The notes: generated by a model from the sequence alone, not told the origin. 32,000 bases of DNA from Bellilinea caldifistulae (GCF_001306055.1 NZ_LGHJ01000017.1:243516-275515); one strand, 5' to 3'. Shown: positions 6,957 through 17,243, numbered from the stretch's first letter. A program made the numbers and translations.

Positions 6957-7934
6957 TTTACATGAGTTCAGGATAAGGGGCTCCCTGGCGTAGACTTGGA
7001 TTTACCAAAACAAGCCTTCCAAGGAGCCCCCGATGGATAGTCAAATTGAATCGTTCTCTGAGCTCGATGATTTTTGCCAATCTTTTCTGCCTGTCTGGCG
7101 AAAACAATTGTTGAGCGCAGGTGAAATTCAGCGGCAGCGTGAAAGAAGCCTGAGCATGAGTAAGGTCATGACTATTTTGATCCATTTTCATCAATCACAC
7201 TATCGTAATTTCAAAGCGTACTACACCGAATATGTGCTGGAACGCCTGCGCGCTGAATTTCCTGGTCTGGTCAGTTATAACCGTTTTGTCGAGTTTATTC
7301 CTTCCGTCCTGGTTCCGTTGTGTGTGTACCTGCGCACACGCTGTCTGGGAACTTGTACAGGCATTTCGTTTATCAATTCAACCGCTTTGGCGGTCTGCAA
7401 AAATCCCAGAATCCACTCTCATAAGGTCTTTGCTGGACTGGCAGCGCGTGGCAAAACCTCCACCGGCTGGTTTTTTGGCTTCAAACTTCATCTGGTTTTC
7501 AACGACCGCGGCGAATTACTCAATTTGATGCTCACTCCGGGCAATGTGGATGACCATAAACCTGTTCCTAAGTTGGCTCAGCGCCTATTTGGTAAGCTGT
7601 TTGGAGACAAGGGTTACGTCTCCCAACAGCTGGCGCAACAATTGCGTGAGATGTTCAATGTGCAGCTCATTACTAAGCTGCGCGCCAACATGAAGAACCA
7701 ACTCATGCTGCTCACAGCGACCGGCTGCTCCTGCGTCGTCGCGCGATCATCGAGACGATCATCGATCAGTTGAAAAACATCTCGCAGATTGAGCATTCCC
7801 GGCATCGCAGTGTCACTAATTTCTTTGTCAATGTGCTGTGTGGTTTGATTGCTTATTGCCGTCGACCCATCAAGCCGTCGCAGGGCTTGGACAGTTATCT
7901 GCCCTTGCCCGTCTAACCCGAACTCACGTTACCA
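6957..7934 (+). mobile_element. IS982-family insertion sequence (about 1 kb; ends approximate)
   Basis: The terminal inverted repeats are ACATGAGTTCAGG (from 6960) and the reverse complement of 7918-7930, ACGTGAGTTCGGG. ATAAC occurs on both outer flanks (6952-6956 and 7935-7939), so it may be a target duplication. A single transposase gene lies inside. Confidence 0.7.
7033..7917 (+). pseudogene. IS982-family transposase, frameshifted near codon 230
   Basis: Family-typical strings are [39 protein letters not shown] and [11 protein letters not shown]. After NQLMLL the family-typical tail [31 protein letters not shown] continues in another frame (shift at about 7715-7720) and ends at TAA 7915-7917. 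Confidence 0.8.
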
Positions 7935-8353
7935 TAACAAATTTCGAGCCGTCAATGCATTCCGTCTTTGAAACCACTTGTAACACCTGAAAACTTTATG
8001 TCGAACTTGATCTGGCGATTATTTTTGAAACACTGTCTAATGTCCCTAATTGTTTCACTCAAACAGAATTACGGAAAATATCCGCACGATTTGCATTTTG
8101 GCTGATTTAGGTAGTATTAAGTCTAAAAGGGTATAGCTGGCCTTGTAACCAATGCAAGTATTCAGATCAAGTGTATATATCGGTGCCTGGAAATTTAGCT
8201 ATGGGCAAAAGCGCTTTGTTGTCAATACATATTAACCTGCTTGTTGAAGTAAAATTCGTTTGAGTACAACCCAAAACATTTTCGTATCATCAATATTTTT
8301 TAAAAAATCTGAAATGAAGCGCCAGGTTCAATCTTAACGCTATAATTCTAATT

Positions 8354-11008
8354 GTGAAACCTTTACCATTGATTGCAACCAAATTTTTCCCGCTGCCATC
8401 GCCCGGGAAACAATTGAAGCGGCAGGGTCTTATCTCTCGCATGGAAGAGGGTTTGGCGGCGCGCCACCCACTGATTTTGATTTCGGCTCCCGCCGGCTAT
8501 GGGAAAAGTACTCTCGTTGCGGAGTGGCGGGAGAGCACCCAACGAACAATCACCTGGCTTTCTCTGGATGATTCCGATAATGAACCTTCGCGTTTTCTTG
8601 TTTACTTGATTGCAGCACTTCAAAATGCGGACAAATCGATCGGGATGGAATTGATGACCATGCTGGAAGCCAATCAACTCCCGCCTCGCGAAACGATCAT
8701 AGCATTGTTAACTGAAGACTTGTTGGCTTCTAGGAATTCGTTGGTGTGCGTATTAGATGACTTCCAGGTGATCCAGGACCCCAATGTCCTCGACATTCTG
8801 CAAGACCTCATCGTTCATCCCCTTCCGTTACAATTCGCCATTGTCACCCGGGAAGATCCCGCCCTGCCTTTGGGTCGCTTGCGCGCAAACGACCGGTTAA
8901 CCGAGATCCGCGCTTTGGATTTACGCTTTACGAAGGAAGAAACGGCAGCATTCTTTCGAGAGGTGATGAACATTCCACTTACCGAGCGTGACCTTTCGCT
9001 TTTGCTGGAACGCACCGAAGGTTGGGTGGCGGGGCTTCAGCTGGCTGGTCTTTCCATGCAGGGAGGAAAAGACCCATCTGAGGTAATTGCCTCCCTGAGC
9101 GGGAATAACCGCCATATTCTCAGTTATCTCACCGAGGAAGTTCTCAAGCAACAAGAAACTTCCGTACAGGAATTTCTTCTATATACCTCGATCCTCTCAA
9201 AATTTAATGCGGATCTATGTAATGCCGTTACCCAACGAAGTGATTCGGCTGTCCTGCTGGAAGCAATGCTGGCTTCCAACCTCTTCTTGATCCCATTGGA
9301 TGACGAAGGATTCTGGTATCGTTACCACCATCTTTTTGCGGAATTGCTTTTCAGTTATCTGCTCCGTTCCCAGCCAGGCCTGCTGAAAGAATTACATCAT
9401 CGCGCCGCAGAGTGGTTTGAGAGCCAATCCATGCCAGCGGAAGCTATCGACCACGCTCTGGCTGCAAGAGATTTCGCCCGCGCTGCGACCCTGCTTGAAA
9501 TAAATACCTGGACATTGTTGAATCAAGGATATGTTCGCCGTATCGAAGCCTGGATGCAATCCCTGCCTGTCGAGTGGCGTACCCAAAGCCCACGGACAAA
9601 CCTCAGCTTTGCCTGGATGTATCTCCTGCGGGGAAATTTCATCAAAGTAGTACCCCATCTCCAGGAGGCTGAAACTGCGCTGGAGAACGCACCGGAGGCA
9701 GATGACTTGAGAGCAGAGTGCCATGCATTGAGAGCTAACCTCTTACAATCCCAGGGTGAGATTCCTGCCGCAATTGAAAACGCCAAAGAGGCTATAAAGA
9801 TCGTCTCTCCGGGAAATGTTCGCCTGTTAGGGTTGGCGAATCTGGGATTGGGAGCAGGGTATCGACAAGCGGTGCAGTTTGATCTGGCAGTAAATGCCCT
9901 GCAGCAAGCAATTCGTTTCAGCCGTGAATCAGGCGACTCTGTCACGGGTGCATTAGCAGCCACGCATCTCATCCTGATGAGTCTCCAGCATGGGCGATTG
10001 AATCTTGCAGAAGCAGTGTCTTCGCAGATGATCGAACTAATGGAGTGCATCGGGGAGGCGGTGCCACCCATCATCGGCGCAATCTATGGGGCGTTAGGGT
10101 TAGTCTATTACGAGCGAAATCAGATCGAGCAGGCGCGTGACCATTATTTACGGGGAATTCATTAAGGAACCTTTCTCGGACATCATGCCTCCCTGGTCTA
10201 TACAAAACTCAATTTTGCTCGCTTGTTAATGGCTGAAGATAATTTCATTGACGCGAAAAAGAATCTGCAAGATGCCGAGGTATTGGTCCAGGCAGGTGCC
10301 CCAGACTGGTTGAGACCCGGTCTGATTGCGCATCAGGTTCAATATTTTCTTGCAACCGGCAATTTGCCGGAAGCAGAAGCAATATTACGGCAGAGTGGCG
10401 TCACACCAGACGGGCGAATCACTCATGCCACAGATGAGATTTATCTTGCTTTTCTACGCATCAAGTTGACGCGTGGAAAAGAAGCAGACCTCCGTGAAGG
10501 AGCAGAACTTGCGGGGAGGATTCTCACACTAGCAGAAAGTGGCCAACGGAACAAAACAACCATATTGGCTTCCATGTTGGGAGCTTTGTTTCACGAACGA
10601 TTAGGAGATACAAGATCTGCCTCTATGTGGCTCGAACATGCACTGGTATTAGCTGAACCTGAAGGATATGTACGCCTTTTTGTGGACGAGGGAATGGAAA
10701 TTGTTGCATTGCTAAAGCGATTAACACCGACGGATTATATTCGGACCCTGCTGGCGGCGTTCCCTGCGGTAGAGAGATCTGTCGTTAGACCTCGGCCGGT
10801 AGATGGAATCATCGAACCACTCAGTGAGCGTGAAGTGGAAGTATTGCGATTGTTGGCGCAAGGGATGAAATATGCCGAGATTGCAGAGTATTTGTTCGTG
10901 AGTATGAATACAGTACGTTTTCACGTCAAGAGCATTTACGGAAAGCTAAATGTCGATAAACGGGTTAAAGCGGTTGAGCGGGCAAGGGAACTAAAACTGA
11001 TCGAGTAA
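8354..11008 (+). pseudogene. MalT/LAL-type large ATP-binding LuxR-family regulator interrupted by one in-frame TAA
   Basis: The N-terminus LIATKF.. and Walker A SAPAGYGKST are followed by a long helical-repeat region. The C-terminal LuxR HTH reads LSEREVEVLRLLAQGMKYAEIAEYLFVSMNTVRFHVKSIYGKL. ORFs 8354..10165 and 10223..11008 are in the same frame. Only TAA 10163-10165 separates them (..YLRGIH*GTFLGHH..). Confidence 0.8.
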
Positions 11009-11034
11009 CCCCAAAACCACATCAATTACACCTA

Positions 11035-11068
11035 ACGGGCTACATCTTTGTGTAGTCCGTTTTTGTTT
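11035..11068 (+). terminator. Rho-independent terminator after the LuxR gene
   Basis: Stem ACGGGCTACA / TGTAGTCCGT (9 of 10 pairs) with loop TCTTTG, followed by TTTTTGTTT. Confidence 0.6.
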
Positions 11069-11101
11069 GATGCAAGATAAACTGCAAACATACGAGGAAA
11101 C

Positions 11102-11353
11102 ATGATGCAATCCAATCCCGACACAACTCTGAGCGCAATTCGCACGTATACCCTGATTATAGACGGGGAACTTGATGTAGATTTTGCTGCCGCCTTTTGT
11201 CCACCTGATACCATGCTTGAGCATGACGGGAAAACCCTCAGGTTGACTAACCTGCGCGTGGACCAGTCCGGCCTGCTGGGCATCATCCGCAGCCTGCACA
11301 ACCTGGGCTGCGTCCTTGTTTCTTTATCCATCGATACCGGAGAAATATCATGA
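11102..11353 (+). CDS. Hypothetical small protein
   Basis: An 83-aa ORF whose stop overlaps the next start (ATGA at 11350-11353). No motif recognised. Confidence 0.55.
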   Translation: MMQSNPDTTLSAIRTYTLIIDGELDVDFAAAFCPPDTMLEHDGKTLRLTNLRVDQSGLLGIIRSLHNLGCVLVSLSIDTGEIS

Positions 11354-11997
11354 GTCCGCGAAATATGTCGCGCCGCGAGTTTTTGAAATTCACCGGATTG
11401 ACGTTGGACGCAGCGGCCGTCGCCTGCTCCGGGCTGGGCTACGCCGCCACCCGTTCCCCCAGAACTGCCGACCCGAAAATCAAATTTGAAAAGGACCCTG
11501 CCGTGAATAAAAGAGTATTAATCGCTTAGGCCACCCGCGCCGGTTCCACCACGGAGATTGCCGCGGTAATTGGCGAAACCCTCGCCGGGCGTGGTTTTGG
11601 CGTGGACGTCAAACCCGCCAAAGACAATCCATCCCTCCAGGAGTACGACGCGGTGATCCTGGGCAGCGCTGTTCGCATGGCAAACTGGCTGCCAGAGATG
11701 GTGGATTTCATCAAGAAAAACCAGGCAGAGCTTGGAAGAAAACCCGTGGCGCTGTTCACCGTTCACATACTCAACCTTGGCGATAATGAGGCCAGCCGTG
11801 AGGCGCGGCATGCGTATTTGAATTCTCTTCATCCATGCTTGAACCCAATCGATGAAGCGTTTTTCCCGGGGAAAATCGACCTGGAATCCCTATCCTTTGT
11901 GGATCGCCTGATGGTGAAGATGGTTAAATCGCCTATTGGCGATTTCCGAGATTGGAAGCAGATTCGAGCCTGGTCACCAGTCATTTTTTGGGAATAA
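11350..11997 (+). pseudogene. Tat-signal flavodoxin-domain protein with in-frame TAG
   Basis: The twin-arginine signal is MSPRNMSRREFLKFTGL. The flavodoxin-like start reads KRVLIA*ATRAGSTTEIA, with TAG at 11527-11529 where this fold normally has Tyr/Phe. The same frame continues to 11997 (DAVILGSAVRMANW...). Confidence 0.75.
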
Positions 11998-12028
11998 GTA
12001 TTATTGTCTGAAAAACGAAAGAAAAAAG

Positions 12029-12886
12029 ATGAAAAATCAAGTTGCATTGGTAATTCTCATCCCGTTAATATTTATCCTTGCGTTCATTGCTGCAGGTATG
12101 GGGCTCATTAGTCAGACACCTGGAGAACCTTTTCCTGTGACCACTCTACACGGCGAGCAAGTAACCATCAATGCGCACGGGCTGTACTACTGGGACACGG
12201 TCAGTTCCGCCACCCAGATGCAAGCCAACGACATGGTGACGCTCATACTTGGACTGCCCCTGTTGGCGGTTTCGTTCTGGCTAACGTTGCGCAATTCCTT
12301 ACGCGGACGGCTGCTTCTGGCTGGCACGCTCGGCTTCATCCTCTACACCTACGTCACCATGTGCTTTGGGGCAGCTTACAACGCCCTGTTTATGATCTAT
12401 GTCGCCCTGTTTAGCCTGAGCCTGTTTGCCTTTGTGTTGGTGATGATGTCCTTCGACCTGACGACCCTGCCCGCGCATTTTTCCGACAAACTGCCGCGCG
12501 GCTGGATTGCGGGCTTGCTCTTCTTCACCGCCGTCTTCATTTCGCTCGCCTGGCTGTGGCGCATCGCCCCGACTTTTACTCCGGGGTCAATCCCCGCCCT
12601 TGAAAACACGACCAGTATGTTCATTCAGGCGATGGATTTGGGACTTATCGTCCCGCTATGTGTGTTATCGGGCGTCCTGCTTTTGTACCGAAAGCCTTGG
12701 GGCTACCTACTGGCTTCGGTGGTGTTGATAAAGTTCCTGACGATGGGAACGGCCGTCAGCCTGATGGCGCTCAACATGGCGCGCCTGGGTGTGTCCGTCA
12801 GCGCGGTGGAATTGGTGGTTTTTCCCGCCATGGCCATTGCCAACCTGGTCATGGTGTCGTTGCTGCTTCGGAATATCAAGAATTAG
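12029..12886 (+). CDS. Polytopic membrane protein, unknown function
   Basis: ATG 12029 lies within ORF 11936..12886. About 7-8 hydrophobic helices are visible. No family motif recognised. Confidence 0.7.
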   Translation: MKNQVALVILIPLIFILAFIAAGMGLISQTPGEPFPVTTLHGEQVTINAHGLYYWDTVSSATQMQANDMVTLILGLPLLAVSFWLTLRNSLRGRLLLAGTLGFILYTYVTMCFGAAYNALFMIYVALFSLSLFAFVLVMMSFDLTTLPAHFSDKLPRGWIAGLLFFTAVFISLAWLWRIAPTFTPGSIPALENTTSMFIQAMDLGLIVPLCVLSGVLLLYRKPWGYLLASVVLIKFLTMGTAVSLMALNMARLGVSVSAVELVVFPAMAIANLVMVSLLLRNIKN

Positions 12887-12902
12887 AACAAAGGAGGAAC
12901 AA

Positions 12903-13112
12903 ATGGATAAAAAATTTGGTTTCATAATCATCTTGGGAGCGCTGATAGGCGCGGTTTTCGGTGTGTCTTTTACGCCAGTCATCGAGAGCGACATGTTTGC
13001 CGTCTTGGGCGGAGCGCTCGCAGGGATTTTCATCGCCTGGTTCATCGCCACCGCTCTTCGCCAGAAGTCTGCCCGCCAGTGGCCTCAAAGCGAGAAAAGG
13101 GACGAACAGTAA
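12903..13112 (+). CDS. Small two-TM membrane protein
   Basis: ATG 12903 follows AAGGAGGAAC. The sequence MDKKFGFIIILGALIGAVFGV...LGGALAGIFIAWFIATAL has Gly-zipper-like helices. Confidence 0.6.
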   Translation: MDKKFGFIIILGALIGAVFGVSFTPVIESDMFAVLGGALAGIFIAWFIATALRQKSARQWPQSEKRDEQ

Positions 13113-13199
13113 AATATGCATCACCATCTGTATCTAATCGGCTTGAGTGCATCACGACCAGATTAAGATTTTGAACGGAATTTATTAGGAGACTATCCA

Positions 13200-13529
13200 A
13201 TGACTGATTTTAAACCCGCAATAAGTAACGCTTTTCAACTATTCCTGAGCGAAGCACCTCAACATGCTGAGGCTTGGATGACATTAGTTCAAGGATTGGA
13301 TAACGCGAGTGCCCTGGAGAAGAAAACTGAAGAATTGGCATATTTAGCCGTTTTGGCAGCCTTACGAATGGAAAGCGGTGTTCCCTTTCATGTGCAGTCA
13401 GCCAAAAATGCAGGTGCTTCACGTGAAGAAGTGATTAGTGCTGTTCTTATCGGTTTGCCTGCCGCGGGTCACTGCGTGACCCAAGTTCTGCCGGCGGCCA
13501 TAGCCGCTTATGACGAAAGTCAATCATAG
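13200..13529 (+). CDS. Carboxymuconolactone decarboxylase (AhpD-like) family protein
   Basis: A 109-aa all-helical protein. The pattern LEKKTEELAYLAVLAALRMESGVPFHVQSAKNAGASREEVISAV is typical of the CMD family. Confidence 0.7.
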   Translation: MTDFKPAISNAFQLFLSEAPQHAEAWMTLVQGLDNASALEKKTEELAYLAVLAALRMESGVPFHVQSAKNAGASREEVISAVLIGLPAAGHCVTQVLPAAIAAYDESQS

Positions 13530-13608
13530 CACAAACCTAAGAGAACCTGGCGATAACAGACAGCGCATAAAGAAAAAGCATTTGGCAGGTAAGAAACAAC
13601 AAATAATT

Positions 13609-14484
13609 ATGAAACTCACCATTTCCCAACTCTCCAAACAATATCCGCGCAGCGTCTGGGGATTGCGCGACTTCGACTTGGAACTCGTCCCTGGCGTGAT
13701 TGGCTTACTGGGACCGAACGGCGCAGGTAAATCCACGCTCATGCAAATCCTGGCGACGGTAGTCCTGCCCAGCGCAGGGACGGTCAAATGGAACGATGCC
13801 GACATCCTCAAATCGCCAGACACCCTGCGCGCCGTGCTCGGATATTTGCCGCAGGATTTTGGCGTCTACCCCAATCTGACTGCCGTTGAATTTCTCGAAT
13901 ACATGGCTGCTATCAAAGGCATGGATGCCAAATCCGCCCGCAGCCGCATCGAAGAATTGCTCGTTGTGCTCAATCTCACCCTTGCAGCGAAGCGCCCGCT
14001 GGGTGGATATTCTGGCGGAATGAAACAGCGCGTTGGTATTGCCCAGGCTTTGCTCAATGATCCACAACTGCTCATTGTGGATGAGCCCACCGTTGGTCTG
14101 GACCCCGAAGAGAGAGTTTATTTTCGCAGTTTGCTTTCCGATTTATCAGGTGAGCGCATCATCATTCTCTCGACACACATTGTATCGGATGTGGAAGCTG
14201 CCGCCACTGAAATCGTCCTCATCAACCAAGGACGCAAAATTCAACACGCCGCGCCTGAAAACCTACTGGCGCAGTTGGACGGCAAAGTTTGGCAATGGAC
14301 GATTCCATCCTATGAGTTGCCCACCCTCAAGCAGAAGTATCTTGTCAGCGGCATTATTCGCCGCGAGAATTTGATTCAGGTTCGCGTGGTTAGCGATGCG
14401 TCTCCATCGCCGGAAGCTCAAGCCTTATCGCCAAGCCTTGAAGATGCCTATCTCCATCTTATGCAAAACGGGGACAAATCATGA
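13609..14484 (+). CDS. ABC transporter ATP-binding protein
   Basis: Walker A is GLLGPNGAGKST, the signature is YSGGMKQR, Walker B is LLIVDEP, and the H-loop is STHIV. The start was chosen at ATG 13609 (MKLTISQL). Confidence 0.9.
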   Translation: MKLTISQLSKQYPRSVWGLRDFDLELVPGVIGLLGPNGAGKSTLMQILATVVLPSAGTVKWNDADILKSPDTLRAVLGYLPQDFGVYPNLTAVEFLEYMAAIKGMDAKSARSRIEELLVVLNLTLAAKRPLGGYSGGMKQRVGIAQALLNDPQLLIVDEPTVGLDPEERVYFRSLLSDLSGERIIILSTHIVSDVEAAATEIVLINQGRKIQHAAPENLLAQLDGKVWQWTIPSYELPTLKQKYLVSGIIRRENLIQVRVVSDASPSPEAQALSPSLEDAYLHLMQNGDKS

Positions 14485-16049
14485 ACGCCCTGCGTGTCCT
14501 CTATCATTTGACGCGCGCCGATTTTTTGGAGCGCGTCCGCCGCTACAGTTTTCTCATCACCCTGGGGTTGGCGTTGTTTCTGGGTTACAGCATCGCCAGT
14601 GGACAACTGACGCTGGTAGTCGGACAACACTATCGCGGGATGCTTAACTCTGCCTGGGTGGGTGGATTGATGTCGGCGATGGTCAACTTTTTCCTGGGGC
14701 TGTTCGGCTTTTATCTGGTCAAAGGCTCGGTCAGCCGGGATTACAAAACAGGTGTGGGGCAAATCATGGCGGCGACTCAGCTCAAACGTCCGATTTACAC
14801 GGTAGCGAAATGGATGAGTAACTTTGCCGTGCTGGGTGCCATGGTGGTCGTATTGATGGCTGTTGCTGTGGTTATGCAAACCCTTTTCCGCGAAGCCCCA
14901 GTGATCCAGTGGTGGGCATTGCTGACGCCGTTTTTGTGGCTGGTTCTGCCATTCATGGCGTTCACAGCCGCACTGGCTGTACTGTTTGAAACCATCGCAG
15001 GACTGCGCGGCGGTGTTGGCAATGTGTTTTATTTTTTCTCCTTCATCATTGTCGTCACAGCGCTCAGCGCCGCCGTCTGGCTGGGAGCCAGCCCAGCCCT
15101 CGACCTGATGGGGATGGGTATCTTGAGCCGCAGCATGGGGCAGGCGGCGCAAGCCGTTTACCCAAATTACGATGGCAGTTTTCGCATCACCTGGCTTGTT
15201 CCACAGTTCCAGATTTTCCGCTGGGATGGCATAGACTGGACGCCCGAAATCATCCTCTCGCGCCTGGCGCTGATTTTTGTCTCCATCGGGATTGCCGCGC
15301 TGTCTGCCCTTTTCTTTGACCGCTTCGCCCCCGCGCGGAGTCAACCCTCCAGGCGGATGGAGAACGCTTCGGACTCCCCCGCGCCTGCTCCCGCGCTCGA
15401 AGCGGCTCCCCGCTCGAACCTGGTCCTGACCCCGCTGCCCGCCGCCCGCGCCCGCTTCCGTTTCGGCGCCTTGTTCGCCGCCGAATTGAAACTGCTCCTG
15501 AAGGGACAGCGCTGGTGGTGGTATCTCGTCGCCGCGGGACTGCTGCTGGCGCAGTTATGCGCGCCATTGAAGTCCGTCCATTCGCTGCTGATTGCTTCCT
15601 GGCTTTGGCATCTCCTGCGCCTCAGCAAACTTGGTTGCCGCGAGACCGTTTACAACACCCGCCAGATGATTTTTTCCGCGCCGCGCCCGTTGGCGAATCA
15701 ACTGCCAGCCGCCTGGCTCTCCGCTTTTGCGGTCACCGCCCTGCTGGGTTCAGGCGCATTGATGCGCTTTCTCCTCGCGGGTGAGACGTTCAGTCTGCTC
15801 GGCTGGCTGACGGGCGCGCTTTTCATCCCCTCGCTGGCGCTTGCCCTCGGCGCGCTGACGGGCAGCAGCAAAGCCTTTGAAGCGCTTTACGTGCTATGGA
15901 TGTACCTGCTCAGCCAAAAAGTCCCTGCCTTCGATTTCATCGGTCTAACGCCCCAAAGCCCGCTGAGCGCTTACGTTTTGCTATCGCTGCTCTTGCTTTG
16001 CCTGGCTTTCATCAGCAGGTCCACAATGAAAATCAAAACTATGCGATGA
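14481..16049 (+). CDS. ABC-2-type permease-like membrane protein (two multi-TM halves joined by a Pro/Ala/Arg-rich linker)
   Basis: The ATGA overlap with the ATPase gene suggests translational coupling. There are more than 10 hydrophobic helices. The linker reads APARSQPSRRMENASDSPAPAPALEAAPRS. Confidence 0.8.
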   Translation: MNALRVLYHLTRADFLERVRRYSFLITLGLALFLGYSIASGQLTLVVGQHYRGMLNSAWVGGLMSAMVNFFLGLFGFYLVKGSVSRDYKTGVGQIMAATQLKRPIYTVAKWMSNFAVLGAMVVVLMAVAVVMQTLFREAPVIQWWALLTPFLWLVLPFMAFTAALAVLFETIAGLRGGVGNVFYFFSFIIVVTALSAAVWLGASPALDLMGMGILSRSMGQAAQAVYPNYDGSFRITWLVPQFQIFRWDGIDWTPEIILSRLALIFVSIGIAALSALFFDRFAPARSQPSRRMENASDSPAPAPALEAAPRSNLVLTPLPAARARFRFGALFAAELKLLLKGQRWWWYLVAAGLLLAQLCAPLKSVHSLLIASWLWHLLRLSKLGCRETVYNTRQMIFSAPRPLANQLPAAWLSAFAVTALLGSGALMRFLLAGETFSLLGWLTGALFIPSLALALGALTGSSKAFEALYVLWMYLLSQKVPAFDFIGLTPQSPLSAYVLLSLLLLCLAFISRSTMKIKTMR

Positions 16050-16073
16050 TTGAATGAACAATGAGGAGAAAGA

Positions 16074-17243
16074 ATGACTCACATTTTGAAATGCCACGAC
16101 AATATAGCCAAAAATCTTGTGCGCGGAGAGAATTGTTATCTATACGATGATCAGGGAAGGCGTTACATCGATTTTGAATCGGGAATTTGGTGTACAGTTC
16201 TCGGTCACAGCCACCCACGGATCAGCCAGGTTGTTGCAAAGCAGGCTGCAACATTAATGCATTTGGGAACTCGTTATCCAAATTCTATTACCGAAGACGC
16301 AGCTTTGGCTGTGTTGGGTATTGTTGGGCTGGATAATGGTAAGTGCATGTTTCTGAGTTCGGGCAGTGAGGCTGTTGAGTTTGGTGCTCAAACAATCCGA
16401 AAAGTGACCGGTAAAAACCTTTTATTGACTTTTTCTAATTCCTATCTGGCAGCTTATGGATCAGCCGGAAGAAAAAATATTGATGAATGGTATCTTTTCG
16501 ATTGGGATTCAGACTCAGAATCAAATCAATCCCTGATTCAAATTCCATTTGAGCACATTGGCGGTTTTATTTTTGAGCCTGGAGGCAGCGGTTCGGGATA
16601 TGTCCGGTTTCCACCGCAACCTGTGGTCACCAAAATTATTCAAAAAATCCGTGAGGCAGGCGGCCTCGTCATGTCAAATGAAGTCACAACTGGGATGGGG
16701 CGAACAGGAAAGTGGTTTGGTTTTCAGCATTATGATTTTCAGCCTGATATTGTTGCTCTTGGAAAAGGTCTTGGTAATGGCTATCCAGTCAGCGCAATTG
16801 CTATGAGCATGGATGTGGCCAAAAAACTTGAGGACAGTGGGTTACGATATGCTCAATCCCATCAAAATGACCCATTGGGTTGCGCCGTGGCAAAGGAAGT
16901 CATCGCTGTTCTGCGCGACGAAAGCCTGATTGAACATGGTGCAGCGCTCGGAAAATATTTTTTGGATAGATTGCAAACTTTGGTCGATGAGTTTGCCATT
17001 GTAAAACAAGCGCGTGGTCGCGGAATGTTGTTGGGATTGGCATTTTACCCGAATGAAAGATTCTCTGCTGAAACAGCCTTTCATGCTTTGCTGGAACAAG
17101 GTTTACTTGTTGGATGTTATCCAGGTGGAAATATGTTACGTTTTGACCCTGCTCTGGTCATTGAAAAACAATGTATTAACCGTCTTTTTGACTGTCTTGA
17201 AAAAGTTTTACAGGGACTCAAGCCCCAACCGTCTTTAGGATAA
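16074..17243 (+). CDS. Class-III (fold type I) PLP-dependent aminotransferase family protein, atypical active-site motifs
   Basis: Family strings are LGHSHP, SSGSEAVE, NEVTTGMGRTGKWFGFQHY and ALGKGLGNGYP (Schiff-base Lys, aa 231). The usual DEV Asp is Asn (aa 202, AAT 16677-16679). RBS GAGGAG lies upstream. Confidence 0.85.
   Translation: MTHILKCHDNIAKNLVRGENCYLYDDQGRRYIDFESGIWCTVLGHSHPRISQVVAKQAATLMHLGTRYPNSITEDAALAVLGIVGLDNGKCMFLSSGSEAVEFGAQTIRKVTGKNLLLTFSNSYLAAYGSAGRKNIDEWYLFDWDSDSESNQSLIQIPFEHIGGFIFEPGGSGSGYVRFPPQPVVTKIIQKIREAGGLVMSNEVTTGMGRTGKWFGFQHYDFQPDIVALGKGLGNGYPVSAIAMSMDVAKKLEDSGLRYAQSHQNDPLGCAVAKEVIAVLRDESLIEHGAALGKYFLDRLQTLVDEFAIVKQARGRGMLLGLAFYPNERFSAETAFHALLEQGLLVGCYPGGNMLRFDPALVIEKQCINRLFDCLEKVLQGLKPQPSLG

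Noticed and set aside
8341-8354. TATAAT (8341-8346) 7 nt before GTG 8354, suggesting a leaderless LuxR mRNA
   Set aside because: There is no acceptable -35 at 17 +/- 1 nt, and the region is generally AT-rich, so a chance TATAAT is likely. It is left as unverified.
11527-11529. Pyrrolysine (TAG) or selenocysteine (TGA 6727-6729) decoding
   Set aside because: I see no pyl genes, no SECIS-like hairpin right after the TGA, and no Cys/Sec- or Pyl-typical enzyme context. The TGA-containing gene also carries a frameshift. It remains testable by searching the whole genome for pylTS/selABC.
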